A stretch of DNA of 64,000 nucleotides from a virus. The notes beneath the pieces were generated by a model, which saw only the letters and a list, made by a program, of their open reading frames with translations, was not told where the DNA came from and did not search any database. Each line of letters starts with the position of its first letter. Within the stretch, counting starts at the first letter, position 1. The position numbers were made by a program, and so were the translations under genes. Positions 29,069 through 41,000 of this stretch are shown here, piece after piece. Location of the stretch: positions 32,001-96,000 of IMG/VR virus record IMGVR_UViG_3300042940_001100; one strand, 5' to 3'.

Positions 29069-32000
29069 TGGCTGAAGAACTTTCTAACCAAGAACAAGAT
29101 GCAGCTAGTTCAGAAGAATATAAAGTATCGGTTAAACCTCCTGATTATCAAGCTCTTACAGAAAATGCTAAAAACATAGTAGCTGATATAAAAGCCGGTA
29201 TGAATTTACCAGCAAGACCTACAGCTATTGATACTTATAGTAATGTAGCAGGTAATCCTATAACAGGAAGTAATCCTGGTAGTAAAAAGGCAACATCAGG
29301 TTTAGATTATATAAATGCTTTACATAGTACTGTTCAAGCTAAAGCTGCTGAATCTATAAGTCCTTTTGCAGAACTTAGACCATATACCTATAGTGGTGAT
29401 ATGGATGCTAGTAAGTTTGAAAGATATTATGCAACCGGTGACTTGTATAACAAGTTAGGTTTTTCTCCGTATAGAGATAATGAATCTTTATACAACAACA
29501 ACATGACCTTTGGTGATCAGTTTACAAGAGCTGCTAAACAATGGGATAATCTAGTTGGTGTTGGTTTTATGTCAGGATTAAGATCTTGGAAGACAATGTT
29601 TACTGATCCATTAGCTCCAGATATTGAAGGAGCTAGAGATATGGAAAGATATACTTCTATAGGATCTTCTTCTGCAGGTGGACTAGGTGGATTTTTTACA
29701 AATACATTTTTAAACTCTGCATACACGGTTGGTGTTGGTGCAAACTTATTAGCTGAGAATCTAGCATTAATGGGTGTGGGTACTGCAGTAAAAGGTGTAA
29801 CTACAGCACTTAGAGCTCCGGCAATGCTTGAAAAAGCTATGGGTGCTTTTAAAAGTGCTGATGTTGTAGCAGACTTTACAAAGATAAACCCAATGGATGG
29901 TGTTCGTGCTTTAGGAGAAACTATTCCTGAAGCAAGATCTTTTTGGAACACTATAGGCAAAGGTGCTAAGAAAGTTGGTGTTGGTGCTTTAGATATTATC
30001 AATCCTTTAGATAATACAATAGATGCTTTAAGAGCTAAAGATTATGCAACTAACTATGCTAAAGTAGCCGGAACATTTGGTGCTTTTGCTGATGATATGT
30101 TGATGATGAAAGCTGCTGTATCTGAAGCTAAGCTAGAAGGTGGTATGTCTAAGATCAATATAACTAAAGATCTTATCGAAGACTACAGACAAAGAAATGG
30201 TAGAGATCCAGAAGGAGTAGACTTAACAAACATAGAAAAGATAGCTGATGAGAAAGCACATACAGTTGCTTTCTGGAACATGCCGGCCATCATGACTAGT
30301 AACAAGTTATTATATGCTACAATGTTAGCACCACTGCGTAAAGTGATGGGTAAGCAAGTAGCTGGTACAGTAGATGATTATATATTAAAAGATAAAACCT
30401 ATTCTGTTTTAGGAGAAGATTTTATATCAAGAGCAGGAGCTGCTGTTAAATCATTAGGTAAACCAAATACTTATGGTAAGTTTGGTATGAATTATTTGAC
30501 AGCAAACTTTGCAGAAGGTATTCAAGAAAATATACAAGAAGCTTTATCAGAGGGAGCATCTCAACATGCTTTAGAGTTATTTAGAGATCCTATCAAAGCT
30601 AACTATGAAGGTTATATGCCTTACTTCTTAAAAGGTATAAAGAGTCAATTCTCTGCTCAAGGTGCTGAAACATTTGCAGGAGGTTTCTTAATGGGAGCTT
30701 TTGCACAACCTATTATGGCAGCACCTTCTATAGGTATAAGCAAAATAATAGAAGCTGCTACAACTGATTCTGTTAGAGCTAAAGAACTAGAAGAAGAAAG
30801 AGCTAAACATAAAGCAGAAACTGCAGAAACTCTTACTGAGTTTTATAATAATACTTTAAACTATTTAGCGCCTGACTTACCTAATGCTGTAAGAACAGGA
30901 AGACTTTCTGATGATATGTTTAGTGCTGCTAGAGTTGGAGACAAATTAGGAACCATATCTGCACAAGAAGCAATTAAGAATCATCATATTATTACAGCCG
31001 CCAGAACTGGTAAGCTTGATGTTATGATTGATAGAGCTAAGGATTATAAAAATCTTACCAAAGAAGAAGCTGTTGAGGCTTTTGGTAAGTATGGTGTAGA
31101 AGCTCAGGATGTTGATAAAGCTATGGCTCACATAGATGGTATAGTAGAAAGAGCAAAAGAAATAAAAGATGATTTTGAAGATGTAGCAAATAGATATCCT
31201 AATCCTTTTAATCCTAGTAATTTTAGAATAGGTAGTCCTGAGTTTATAGCAGCAGCTGTTGCTAAAACTTCTTGGGATGAAGCTGCCCATAATCTTATAT
31301 TTGCAAAGGCTACATTCAAGTCACACAGTAAGCGTATAGCTGATATAGCTAATACTTTCTCAAAACTATCAAGCGCTTTAGCTAAGGGAGACGTAAACCT
31401 TCTTACTTCAATGCTAAGCTCAACAACAATGACCAATGAGATCAATATGTTGAGAAAAGAGATTGCTACTCTAGATGATAGTTTACCTGAACAATCTAAG
31501 ATAAAAAAACAAAAGTTAAAACATCTAGAAGGTATACAAGCTTTCTACAAAGCAATAGAGAACTATCAGTATGCTAAAACAGATGCTGAGAAAGCTATGG
31601 TAGAAAAAAGAGCTAAAGATGCTTTTGCAAAACATCTTAAAAACATAGCTGATAAAAATGATGTACCTGTATTTGATGAAGAATTAGATGCAGCTTTCTC
31701 TTTAATAAGAGATCATATGTTATTAAAAGATCAGCAAACTGGATTGGTTAAGAACATTAATGTGTTAATGACACCTGATAGCTTTTTCCAATTCCAAAAA
31801 AGATTATACTCTACATACGCAGAGGGTGTGTACAACATACCGGATACTATAGGTCACAATCTTGACAGACATACTTTTACTAAAGATCTTAATGATATTA
31901 TAAATGATATAAGAGGTTTAGGTTTTAATATACCACAAGATGTTATTGCATCTTACTCTGATGCTTACTTTGCAGGAGAAGAGTTATTACCTTTGGTTTT

Positions 32001-35000
32001 CTTATTAGATAGTAATGGTGTTAAGATAACATCTGGTCCAGCTTTTGAAAAAGCTAATGGTATATGGAATACTTTTATAGAGCTTACTTCTAAAAAACGT
32101 AAGACTATAGAAGCTATGGAATATGATCAAGATAACTTCTTGACTTACCCTGAAGAGCTTAAGCAGATACTTACAGATGAATACAATGATCTTTCTGATG
32201 AAATAAAAGCTGCACAAAATCTAGAAGACTGGGCTACTGGCGATGCTAATATTGGTATAAGAAAATTATTCTTTGAAGGCAGAGCTGCTGAAACACAAGG
32301 TATAGAAGAAAGATATAAGTCTATGACTATACCAGAACTTACAACAGCTTTAGAAGAACTTGCAGAACAAGCAAAAACTGATCCTAAGTTAGATGCTAAA
32401 GTAACTGTTTTACAAGACTACATAGCCTACCGTGCAGTAGAAGCTGTTGATATGCCTGAGAAACAAAAGCAAGCATTGAGAAATATGAAAGCTCAAGCTG
32501 CTAATACTCAGAACAGAGATAAGGATAATGAAAAGTATATTCTTAATGGTAAAAAACTAGATACCAGGGTAACAACAGTAGTACAAGAAATACTTGCTAA
32601 AAAATATGGTCTTAGTCCTTTTAATTTTCCTAACACCGGTTATGGTAAAGAAATTCTTAAGGATCAGAAAGACATGCTTGAGCAACTTATTGAAGAGAAA
32701 CAAGATAAAAATATCATAGTTAATATATGGGCTGACACTGTAAGTAATACAAGAGCTTATAAAGATAGATGGGATGATAGTAAAACTGCTTTATTAAAAG
32801 AGACACTCAAAGAAAAGTTTACATATGAGGACTTTGAAAAAGCTGTATCTTCTTTAGCATATCAAGAATCTAAAACTGGTGGAAACACTGTGGATGAGAT
32901 AGCTAGAAACTTCTTAACAGGAACTCCTATATCTAAGCCAGGTAATATGACTCAAGAGGCTTTCAATAAGCTAAGAGGTATATTAAAAGATTTAATGAAT
33001 ACTATCAGAGAAAGAGGAGAAATCATCTTAGCTAAAGATCTTTTTCTTAAAGGTGAAGTTATCATTGATGGTGTAAAACAAACTATTGGTGGTGAGATGG
33101 ACATGCTAGTTATAGACAAAGATGGTAATCTTAAAATCTATGACTTTAAAACCGGTAGAAACTATAAGTGGGAGATGTATGGTACAGAAGCTGATGAAAA
33201 AGGCACTGATACTAAAGACCCAACCTTATACAAAAAAGGATATGGTTTACAGCTCTCTTTATATAAAAGACTTATAGAAGAACAAACTGGTCTAACAGTT
33301 GATTCTAATAAACTTACCATTGTACCTTTCATTATAAATGTGAGCAATAATGGTATGATCAATGACATTGAGCTCAGCAATGAAGATAAGAATATTATAC
33401 ACGAGTATAATCCTGTAGTAGAGGAATACATACCCGTAACTAAAACTGCAGCATACAGTCCTCAACCTTTTGTTCAAGCTATAGAAGTACTTAGTGATAA
33501 GAGTAAAACAGATCCAGAATTTGAAACAATAGGTAAGTACAGCATATCAAAACCTAGTATTGATAAAGATGGTAAAGAAATAGTAACTGTAGAAAGTACA
33601 ACACGCCCAGGTAAGGGCATGACCTATATTGTAAACACAGATGAGAATGGTTCTGTAATATCTCTTACTCCTAAGAACAATCCTAAGCAACATATAGTTA
33701 ATGAAAAACTACTAGTAGCTGTTGAGATAAAAAGAAATAAGTATGAGTACAACTCACCTACAATAAACAATATAGCAAAAGATGAAGAGAAATATAACAA
33801 AGTTAAAGAGCTTCTTCCTGCTGTAACCGTATTAGAAAATACTTTAAACCTTGGTCTTGATAACAGTATAACAAGTGCTTTAAATAATCTATATGCTAAC
33901 AAGCCTTTAGATAGAGCTTCTTTAATAGCTATACAACTTTGGGCAAATGGTGCTGCAAAAAGATTAGATAGTTTTTTACAAAATGAGTATAAAGATAATG
34001 CTGAGTTTACAAAAGCTTGGGAAAACATGTATCTTATAAATGAACTTGTTGAAGAAAGACTAAACACTTTAGCAGAAGAAGAAGTAGAAGAAAAGCCAGT
34101 TATTGAAGAGCCTGCTGTAAAAAGACAACCTGGTAAATCAGTAGATCAGCTTTTAAGAGAAAGAGATAAAGAGCTAAAGTTTATACAAGAAAAGAGAAAA
34201 GAACTTGGTATTGAGTTTGATCCTTTGGATGATGTTCCTATGTCTGTTGTTATTACTATGGACAGGTTTGATAATAATCTTCCAATAGATCCTGTTGCTT
34301 TATCAGAAACATCTGACTGGTTATATAACAAGTATAAAGAGATTGATGATATGCTTTTAGATCCTAAAAGGATGTTAACTCAAGCTCAGATAAAACAATA
34401 CAAAAAAGCTTTAGAAAAAGATATAACAGCATTAGAAAACTATAAACAAGAACAATATGGAGAAAAAATCATTCAGAATGAGACTGCTAGAAGCACAAGT
34501 ACCACAACAGGAGAAACAAGAGGAACAGTCTCAAGAGACAAAACAGTTGTTGAGAAAACTAGTTTTGATGAGCCTATCAAAGGAAAAACTAAAAAGCATA
34601 GAGAAGCAAAAGTAAAAAAAGCTGTAGAAAAAGCTGCAAAAGAAAATGCTGTAGTTACAACAGAAACAGAAGAAGAGTTGTTTCCTAAAGTTTATACTGT
34701 TGAAACTATAAATGCTGAACTAAACTTACAAAGTTTACAAGAAGCTAAGGCTCAAAAACTTGAGGTAGAATACAAAGGAAACAGGTATAAAATTAAGAGA
34801 GTTGGAAAAAAATCAGTAACTTTATATGCTCCCAACAGAGATGATGTAAACATAAAAGAAGAAGACTTAGCTAAAGAACTAACAGTAGTTGAGCCGGGAG
34901 TAAAGAAAGCAACTGTAGAAGAAACTGAACAAGTAGTAAAGAATGAAGAACTGGTTAATACAACTGAAAGAGTTTTTGAAGAGATACCTACTGACAAGAC

Positions 35001-35061
35001 TGCTATGGACAAAGCTGTAAACAAAAGAAAAGATGATTTTTTAAATAACCTTTGTATATAA
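29068..35061 (+). CDS. Giant ejected virion protein with membrane-like segments and PD-(D/E)xK nuclease domain
   Basis: 1997 aa. Gly/Ala-rich hydrophobic helices in the N-terminal third. GEMDMLVIDKDGNLKIYDFKTG...YGLQLSLY at ~33091-33267. Confidence 0.7.
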   Translation: MAEELSNQEQDAASSEEYKVSVKPPDYQALTENAKNIVADIKAGMNLPARPTAIDTYSNVAGNPITGSNPGSKKATSGLDYINALHSTVQAKAAESISPFAELRPYTYSGDMDASKFERYYATGDLYNKLGFSPYRDNESLYNNNMTFGDQFTRAAKQWDNLVGVGFMSGLRSWKTMFTDPLAPDIEGARDMERYTSIGSSSAGGLGGFFTNTFLNSAYTVGVGANLLAENLALMGVGTAVKGVTTALRAPAMLEKAMGAFKSADVVADFTKINPMDGVRALGETIPEARSFWNTIGKGAKKVGVGALDIINPLDNTIDALRAKDYATNYAKVAGTFGAFADDMLMMKAAVSEAKLEGGMSKINITKDLIEDYRQRNGRDPEGVDLTNIEKIADEKAHTVAFWNMPAIMTSNKLLYATMLAPLRKVMGKQVAGTVDDYILKDKTYSVLGEDFISRAGAAVKSLGKPNTYGKFGMNYLTANFAEGIQENIQEALSEGASQHALELFRDPIKANYEGYMPYFLKGIKSQFSAQGAETFAGGFLMGAFAQPIMAAPSIGISKIIEAATTDSVRAKELEEERAKHKAETAETLTEFYNNTLNYLAPDLPNAVRTGRLSDDMFSAARVGDKLGTISAQEAIKNHHIITAARTGKLDVMIDRAKDYKNLTKEEAVEAFGKYGVEAQDVDKAMAHIDGIVERAKEIKDDFEDVANRYPNPFNPSNFRIGSPEFIAAAVAKTSWDEAAHNLIFAKATFKSHSKRIADIANTFSKLSSALAKGDVNLLTSMLSSTTMTNEINMLRKEIATLDDSLPEQSKIKKQKLKHLEGIQAFYKAIENYQYAKTDAEKAMVEKRAKDAFAKHLKNIADKNDVPVFDEELDAAFSLIRDHMLLKDQQTGLVKNINVLMTPDSFFQFQKRLYSTYAEGVYNIPDTIGHNLDRHTFTKDLNDIINDIRGLGFNIPQDVIASYSDAYFAGEELLPLVFLLDSNGVKITSGPAFEKANGIWNTFIELTSKKRKTIEAMEYDQDNFLTYPEELKQILTDEYNDLSDEIKAAQNLEDWATGDANIGIRKLFFEGRAAETQGIEERYKSMTIPELTTALEELAEQAKTDPKLDAKVTVLQDYIAYRAVEAVDMPEKQKQALRNMKAQAANTQNRDKDNEKYILNGKKLDTRVTTVVQEILAKKYGLSPFNFPNTGYGKEILKDQKDMLEQLIEEKQDKNIIVNIWADTVSNTRAYKDRWDDSKTALLKETLKEKFTYEDFEKAVSSLAYQESKTGGNTVDEIARNFLTGTPISKPGNMTQEAFNKLRGILKDLMNTIRERGEIILAKDLFLKGEVIIDGVKQTIGGEMDMLVIDKDGNLKIYDFKTGRNYKWEMYGTEADEKGTDTKDPTLYKKGYGLQLSLYKRLIEEQTGLTVDSNKLTIVPFIINVSNNGMINDIELSNEDKNIIHEYNPVVEEYIPVTKTAAYSPQPFVQAIEVLSDKSKTDPEFETIGKYSISKPSIDKDGKEIVTVESTTRPGKGMTYIVNTDENGSVISLTPKNNPKQHIVNEKLLVAVEIKRNKYEYNSPTINNIAKDEEKYNKVKELLPAVTVLENTLNLGLDNSITSALNNLYANKPLDRASLIAIQLWANGAAKRLDSFLQNEYKDNAEFTKAWENMYLINELVEERLNTLAEEEVEEKPVIEEPAVKRQPGKSVDQLLRERDKELKFIQEKRKELGIEFDPLDDVPMSVVITMDRFDNNLPIDPVALSETSDWLYNKYKEIDDMLLDPKRMLTQAQIKQYKKALEKDITALENYKQEQYGEKIIQNETARSTSTTTGETRGTVSRDKTVVEKTSFDEPIKGKTKKHREAKVKKAVEKAAKENAVVTTETEEELFPKVYTVETINAELNLQSLQEAKAQKLEVEYKGNRYKIKRVGKKSVTLYAPNRDDVNIKEEDLAKELTVVEPGVKKATVEETEQVVKNEELVNTTERVFEEIPTDKTAMDKAVNKRKDDFLNNLCI
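34457..34615 (+). CDS. Candidate overprinted small ORF (52 aa) inside the 1997-aa gene
   Basis: ATG after an A-rich leader (aactataaacaagaacaat); translates as MEKKSFRMRLLEAQVPQQEKQEEQSQETKQLLRKLVLMSLSKEKLKSIEKQK*. Confidence 0.25.
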   Translation: MEKKSFRMRLLEAQVPQQEKQEEQSQETKQLLRKLVLMSLSKEKLKSIEKQK

Positions 35062-35065
35062 TAAG

Positions 35066-38000
35066 ATGGTTTGTGATTTAAGTAAAAATAACCTAAAAGA
35101 AAAACTAGAAAGTTATGTTAATGCTTTACTAGTAAAGAGCTACACTAATGACCCAACTTTTGATTACAAGAAAATAGTAGACACAATCTACAAAGATGTT
35201 CTTGGTAAAAGCAATGATGAGAATCTAGCTTTGGGTATGGCTTATCATGTACCACAGATGATATTTGATCTTGTTACTGATAACAAAAAACAACTAGGTC
35301 TTAAAAATCTAATAACTAAAGGTTATGATGTTGGTGTTTTGAGTGCTGAAATAGATAAGTTAGCTACTTCTATAGATAAGCTAGGAGCTGTTGCAATACT
35401 TTTAGGTAAACCAATAAAGAGTTTAGATGAGATTGAAACATTTGTAGCTAACCAACCTACTGATCAAGCAACTATGCTATTATCTGTACCAGGTACAAGT
35501 CTTACTGTAGATACTCTTGTGTTAGCTTCTAATGCCGGATTCTTTGCTACATCACAAAGTGGAGCTGAGATAGATAAAAAAACAAACTTGCCTTTTGCAT
35601 CTAAGTCTAATGAAGATGCTGCTTTCTACCAAGGAGTATTATCCGGTATAATGGCTGCTAAGAGACCTGATGATAATGACTTTAGTAAAGTTACTTTTGG
35701 TAATCATACAGGTTTTGCAGGAAGACTGATGTTTGAAAGAAGCATTCCTGGTAAGATCCGCCTAGATAGAGAAAGTCAGTTAGCTTATGAGATACTATCA
35801 TTTGTACTTACTGATAGCAAGACAGGAGAAATATTATATTTTAAACCTGATAATACTATAGGTGATATTGATAATGGTAGACCTATATACCTCTTGCTTA
35901 AAACAACAAACCCAAAAAATAAAGATTTTGAAAAGCACAAAGCTGCTATAAAAGCAAGTATGATGTCTATGTTAGATAGAACTAACATGACAGCTGAGCA
36001 AATAGAAAATGCAAAAAAAGAAGCTGATAAAGTAATCAGTAACCAACTAGAACAAATAGAAGCAGCTAAAAGAAAAATAAGATTTGGTGAACCTGTTCCT
36101 GTAGATATAACAGGAGGCTTTAAAGGGGCAACCCAAAATGTAGATAACATTGTTGGAGAGGAAACTAGAAAAAAACTTACTTTTCCTTTATCTGAGTTTG
36201 ATGTAAATGACAAAGCAAAACAGTCTATAGTATTTACTGTAGAAAATGTTAGTGGTCAACCAGAGAATCTACCAGCTATACAGTTTCCTAATGTAGATAA
36301 TCTTATTAGTTTAAAGAATCCAAATAAAATAGGAGAAAAAGCGGAAGATGCTGACATCTTAAATAACATAGTAGATATACTTACACAAGATCTTAAGGTT
36401 GGTGATAAAGCTGTACCTGATATAGACAAGGTTGACAATGTTGGTCAATACATACAATTAAAAGCAAAAAACTATACAATAGGTACAACCCTTGTAAATG
36501 GTGACCAAAAGTTAGAAATTAACTTAGGTGGTAATGTTTTAGATCTGTCTGATAAAGAAGCAGCTAGAAGAGTATTAAAAGACTTCTTGGGTAAAAATGC
36601 TACTATACATTTTCACAAGAAGAGCTATGATAAAAATAGTTATACTGCTTTTAAACTAACACCAGACAATGGTGCTTTTAATGTTAGTAAGTCTGATGAA
36701 GATTATTACAAGTTTATAAGTCCTAGGTTGTATCCTAGACTTGTCCGTGATGAAAGAACCAAACTACCTATGGTACTTAATGGTTACTTTAGATTTCAGC
36801 CTGTAGTTACAGCAAAAGAAGTTGCTGACAAAGTAGAAGAAGTTACAAAAGAAGTTGTAAAAGAAGAAGTACCTGTAACTAAAAAACAAGCAGAGGAAGA
36901 CTATGATGAGTTACTACGTTCTAGATTACTAGATAGCATAGTTACTCCTGAAGAAGATGCTGAAGCAAAAGCTTGGTGGGAAGAATCAGCTTTGTCTAAA
37001 GCTACTTATAAAGATGAGAATGGTGTTGTAAAACCTCTTTTTACTCTAAACCCATTAAGAAATGCTGTAAACTCTGAAGCATGGGCTAGCTTCCGTGACT
37101 CTGTGATTACTTTATATGAGGGTGCAAATTACTCTCATGTGTATCATGAGGCTTGGCATGCTTTTAGCCAGACTTATCTTACTTATAGTGAGAGAACTAA
37201 GTTCTATAAAGCAGTATCTAAACTTCCAGGATCTTTTAAAGTAGCTAAAGCAACTGGTCAAGGTAATATTGAACTTGTTGATGTTGAGTTTAGTAAAGCT
37301 GAAAGAAAAGAGTTAGAAGAGTTTATAGCTGAAGAGTTTAGAACATATGCTTTGAACAAAGGCAAGTTTAAAACTGAGAATGAAAAGACTAATATCTTTA
37401 AGTGGATATTTGACAGAATATGGAAAGCTTTAAAGGCTTTAGTTGGAGGTTCAACTGCTATAAACATTTACTCTAACCCTGGATCAGAAGGTGTATTAGG
37501 TGAGATCTTTAACACTTTGTATACAGCAAAGTCTCAAGAACAACTCCTTCCTTATGCATCTAATATTAAAAATGGTGAGTTTGGTTTATTAAACTCTGGT
37601 GTTGTTAATAAAGAACATCCTGAAGATGTGCTATCTTTATCTGAAAGCTTACTTGTAAGTAAAACTATAGATGGTATTATATCTAAAGCAACTACTGAAA
37701 AAGTACAGTCTGGATCTCTCAGTGCTGCAAGCTTGATATTCAGAAGTCCAAAGGAACTAAAGAAAGTATATGAAAAAGCTTTAACTGAACTTAGTGATAA
37801 GAGAGAAGAGTTTTTAAAGCAATTAAAAGCTTTACCTGCAGACAAAGTTGTAGAAAAAGCTGTACTTGATAATAAAATATCTGTTCTTACCAGAGCAACA
37901 AAGCCTTACATGTATGGTAACATAACTCAGATTTTAGAAGGTACAAATGTTACAGATTCTATCATTGCTTTCCATAGACAGAACAGTGAGTTCAAAGACA

Positions 38001-41000
38001 TGTTTGTTAAGTTTAAAATAAGCAAAGAAGAAGCTGTTGACTTAGATGAAGAACAACTTGAGAACAACTTAATAGGTAGAAACTTTGATGCTGGAAATAG
38101 CAGCACTGAATCTGAGAAGTTAGCTAATGAGCTTACTGTTTATATAATTAAGAGTTTACTTAAACAAAATAAAGATGGAAGCTATGTTCTTAATGAACTA
38201 GGTTTTCCTGAGCCTATAGAATTCAAACCTTTTTGGAGAGTTATGATGGACAAGTGTTCTGGTGAAACCAGTATCATGGGTCTTTATAACAAAATAAAAA
38301 CTGCAGGTAATACTGTATCTCCATTATTCAAACAGTTACTTGACAAGATCTTTAAGTTAAAAACAATATTAGATACTGATAATAAAGAAATAACTTTATC
38401 AGAAGAACAAAGTATGGCTGCCTTCATAACAGAAGGTAGTGTTACAGGTGAGATGTGGATGAAACTTGTTCAGTCTTTTAACTTATTCAGAATAGACCTA
38501 GTTAATGTAAACATTACACAAACTGATGAAGGTATAGAAGTTAAGGTTGGTAAGTCAAGTGCTGAGTATCAAAACATTATAAGAAACTGGCAATCTGCAT
38601 ACCAACAAAAAGAAGCTGATAGACATACTGCTAAGAACAAAGATAAAGTTAACTATATCAATACTAAGAATGTTGTAGAAGACTACATACAAAAGAAATA
38701 TAATGATGCCGGTAAACTATTTGTAACGGTAGCTAAAGAAGACTATGTACCATTTCTTAATAGTATAGGTATTAATCTTTCTGATACAGAAGAGATTAGA
38801 GAGTTTCTTCAACCTAATGATGTTAGATATTTAGCTGAGACTATTGTAAAAATAGATGACTATATAAATGATATAGAAAAGAACTATAAAGGTTTACAAA
38901 AAGAAGAGAAGCTAAAAGAAATCCAAAAGATACTTTCTGCTCCTATAGATCTTTTTAGAACAGGTAAATCATTACCTAACAAAGAACCTATAACAAACAG
39001 TGGTGGAACAGTTAACAGTCTTGCTAATCTAGAAGCTAACTTCTCTGAAGAATATGCTAGTGGTATGAGACTTACACCAGATGGTGAAAAGAAATCTGTG
39101 TTTTCTTTAAACAGCACGGATACTCAAAAGGTTAGAGCATTACAAAATGCTAAACAAAAAGGTGATCTTTCTAGTGATCATCCTGAGTTTATGCATATGA
39201 ACTACTTAAACCCAGCTAACAATCCTGAGGTTAATGGTTCTGTGTACATGAAGTCAATGTTTGATCCTTCTGGTAAAAGAATTAGTAATAATATCAACAT
39301 CTTTGACTTATCTGGTTCACAGTTTAATGTTGATAGAAAAGATGAATCTTCTACTATAGGTATTACATACTCTAAGATGAATGCTACTGATAAGTTTATA
39401 TCAGACTTTATCTCAACCTTAACTGCAGGATTTATGCAAGGTATTTTACCAGGTGATAAGAGTTCTTACTATTCTTTAAAGATTGACAACATTACTACAT
39501 ACACTAATAAGAAAACAAACTACTTGTTTGTAGATACTTCTGCATTCTTAAAGAATAAAGATGGTGTAAATGTAGCTGGATATGATGGTATGGATAAAAC
39601 CATAGAGATATTATATCCTAAGTTAGAAGGAGAGATCAGAAGGATAGCTATGATCAAAGCTGCTCCTGAGTACTATAAAAACATAAAAGGTTTTGAAAAA
39701 GGAGAAGAGTTTACAATCTTTTCTGAAATGCTAGACTCTAAAGACAATCTTAAAGAAAAGTTAGCATCTGCTGAGTTCTTTAAGAAGTTTGCTGAATCTA
39801 ATATGAGTCTTATGGACTTTTTAAATATGTCAGATAATCTAGCTTTAAAAAAGAAGATAGATGCTAACATCAAAACATACTTTGAAAAGCTTGTAAAAGA
39901 GTACAACAAAAACTTGTTTGAAAAAACCTTTGGTAAAACAGCTGTCTTACCTAATTCTATAAACAAAACATTAAGCACTATTATACTTAAAGAACTTACT
40001 GCTGATCAAATACAAGCATTAGGTGATAACTATAACTCTAATATAAAAGATGCAGCAATGATGTCTTATATGGTAAATAACTTTTTACATAAGACAGAAA
40101 CAACATTGCTTCTACAAGGAGACGGCTTTCAGTTTGATCATTCTAAAGATCAGGCACCTAAGCGTACTCCAGGATCACAATCTGGTGGTAGAGTATTTGC
40201 TGTAGATAAACTTACTCAGCATTGGGTAAACACTAAAGTAGGAAGACCTCTTGAGGAAAAACTACTTAAAGAAAATGCTATTAAAAAAGAAAATGGTAGC
40301 ACTGAAGTAACAAAGTATAATGGTATATACAACACGGCTATAATAAAAGAGAGCCAAGTAGGTTCTGTGTACTTTGAAATGTATAGAGATCTTTTCAAGA
40401 AGATGTTTAAAGAAAAAGGTCTTGAAGGTGATGCATTAAATATAGCTCTGTATGGACAAGACACGGATGGTAAAATAGGAACAGGAGCTAGAAAAGCAGA
40501 TGGTACTTATGATACTTATGGCGGCAAGATGAATCCATATGCTAAGATTAAGGATGGTGATGGACAAGGTTGGATAACATTTGACTCTTACAGAATACTT
40601 AAAAGAGTAGAAGGTCAATGGAGTAATGCACAAGAAGATGCATACATGAAAATTGTAAGAGGTCAGGTTTTAGGAGCTGATGAATTATCAGATCTATTCC
40701 CTGTATACAAGCTTCAGTATAATGGTAATTTAGCTACTGAAACTGGTAGATATCCGGTACAAGCTTTCCACAAGTTCTCTTTGTTTCCGCTTATTCCAAC
40801 TGTTATAAAAAACTACCCTGCAGAACAAATGCATCTAGCAATGATGCAACAAAATATTGACTATGCATTATTTGAGTCAGGTTCTAAGAGATCTCATATA
40901 AAACCTAGTGCTGATGTTAGTGGAGATGTGATATACAACAATGGTGATACAAGTGATATCCTACCAAAAGATAAAATAAAGTTTACTAAAAATAGTGTAT

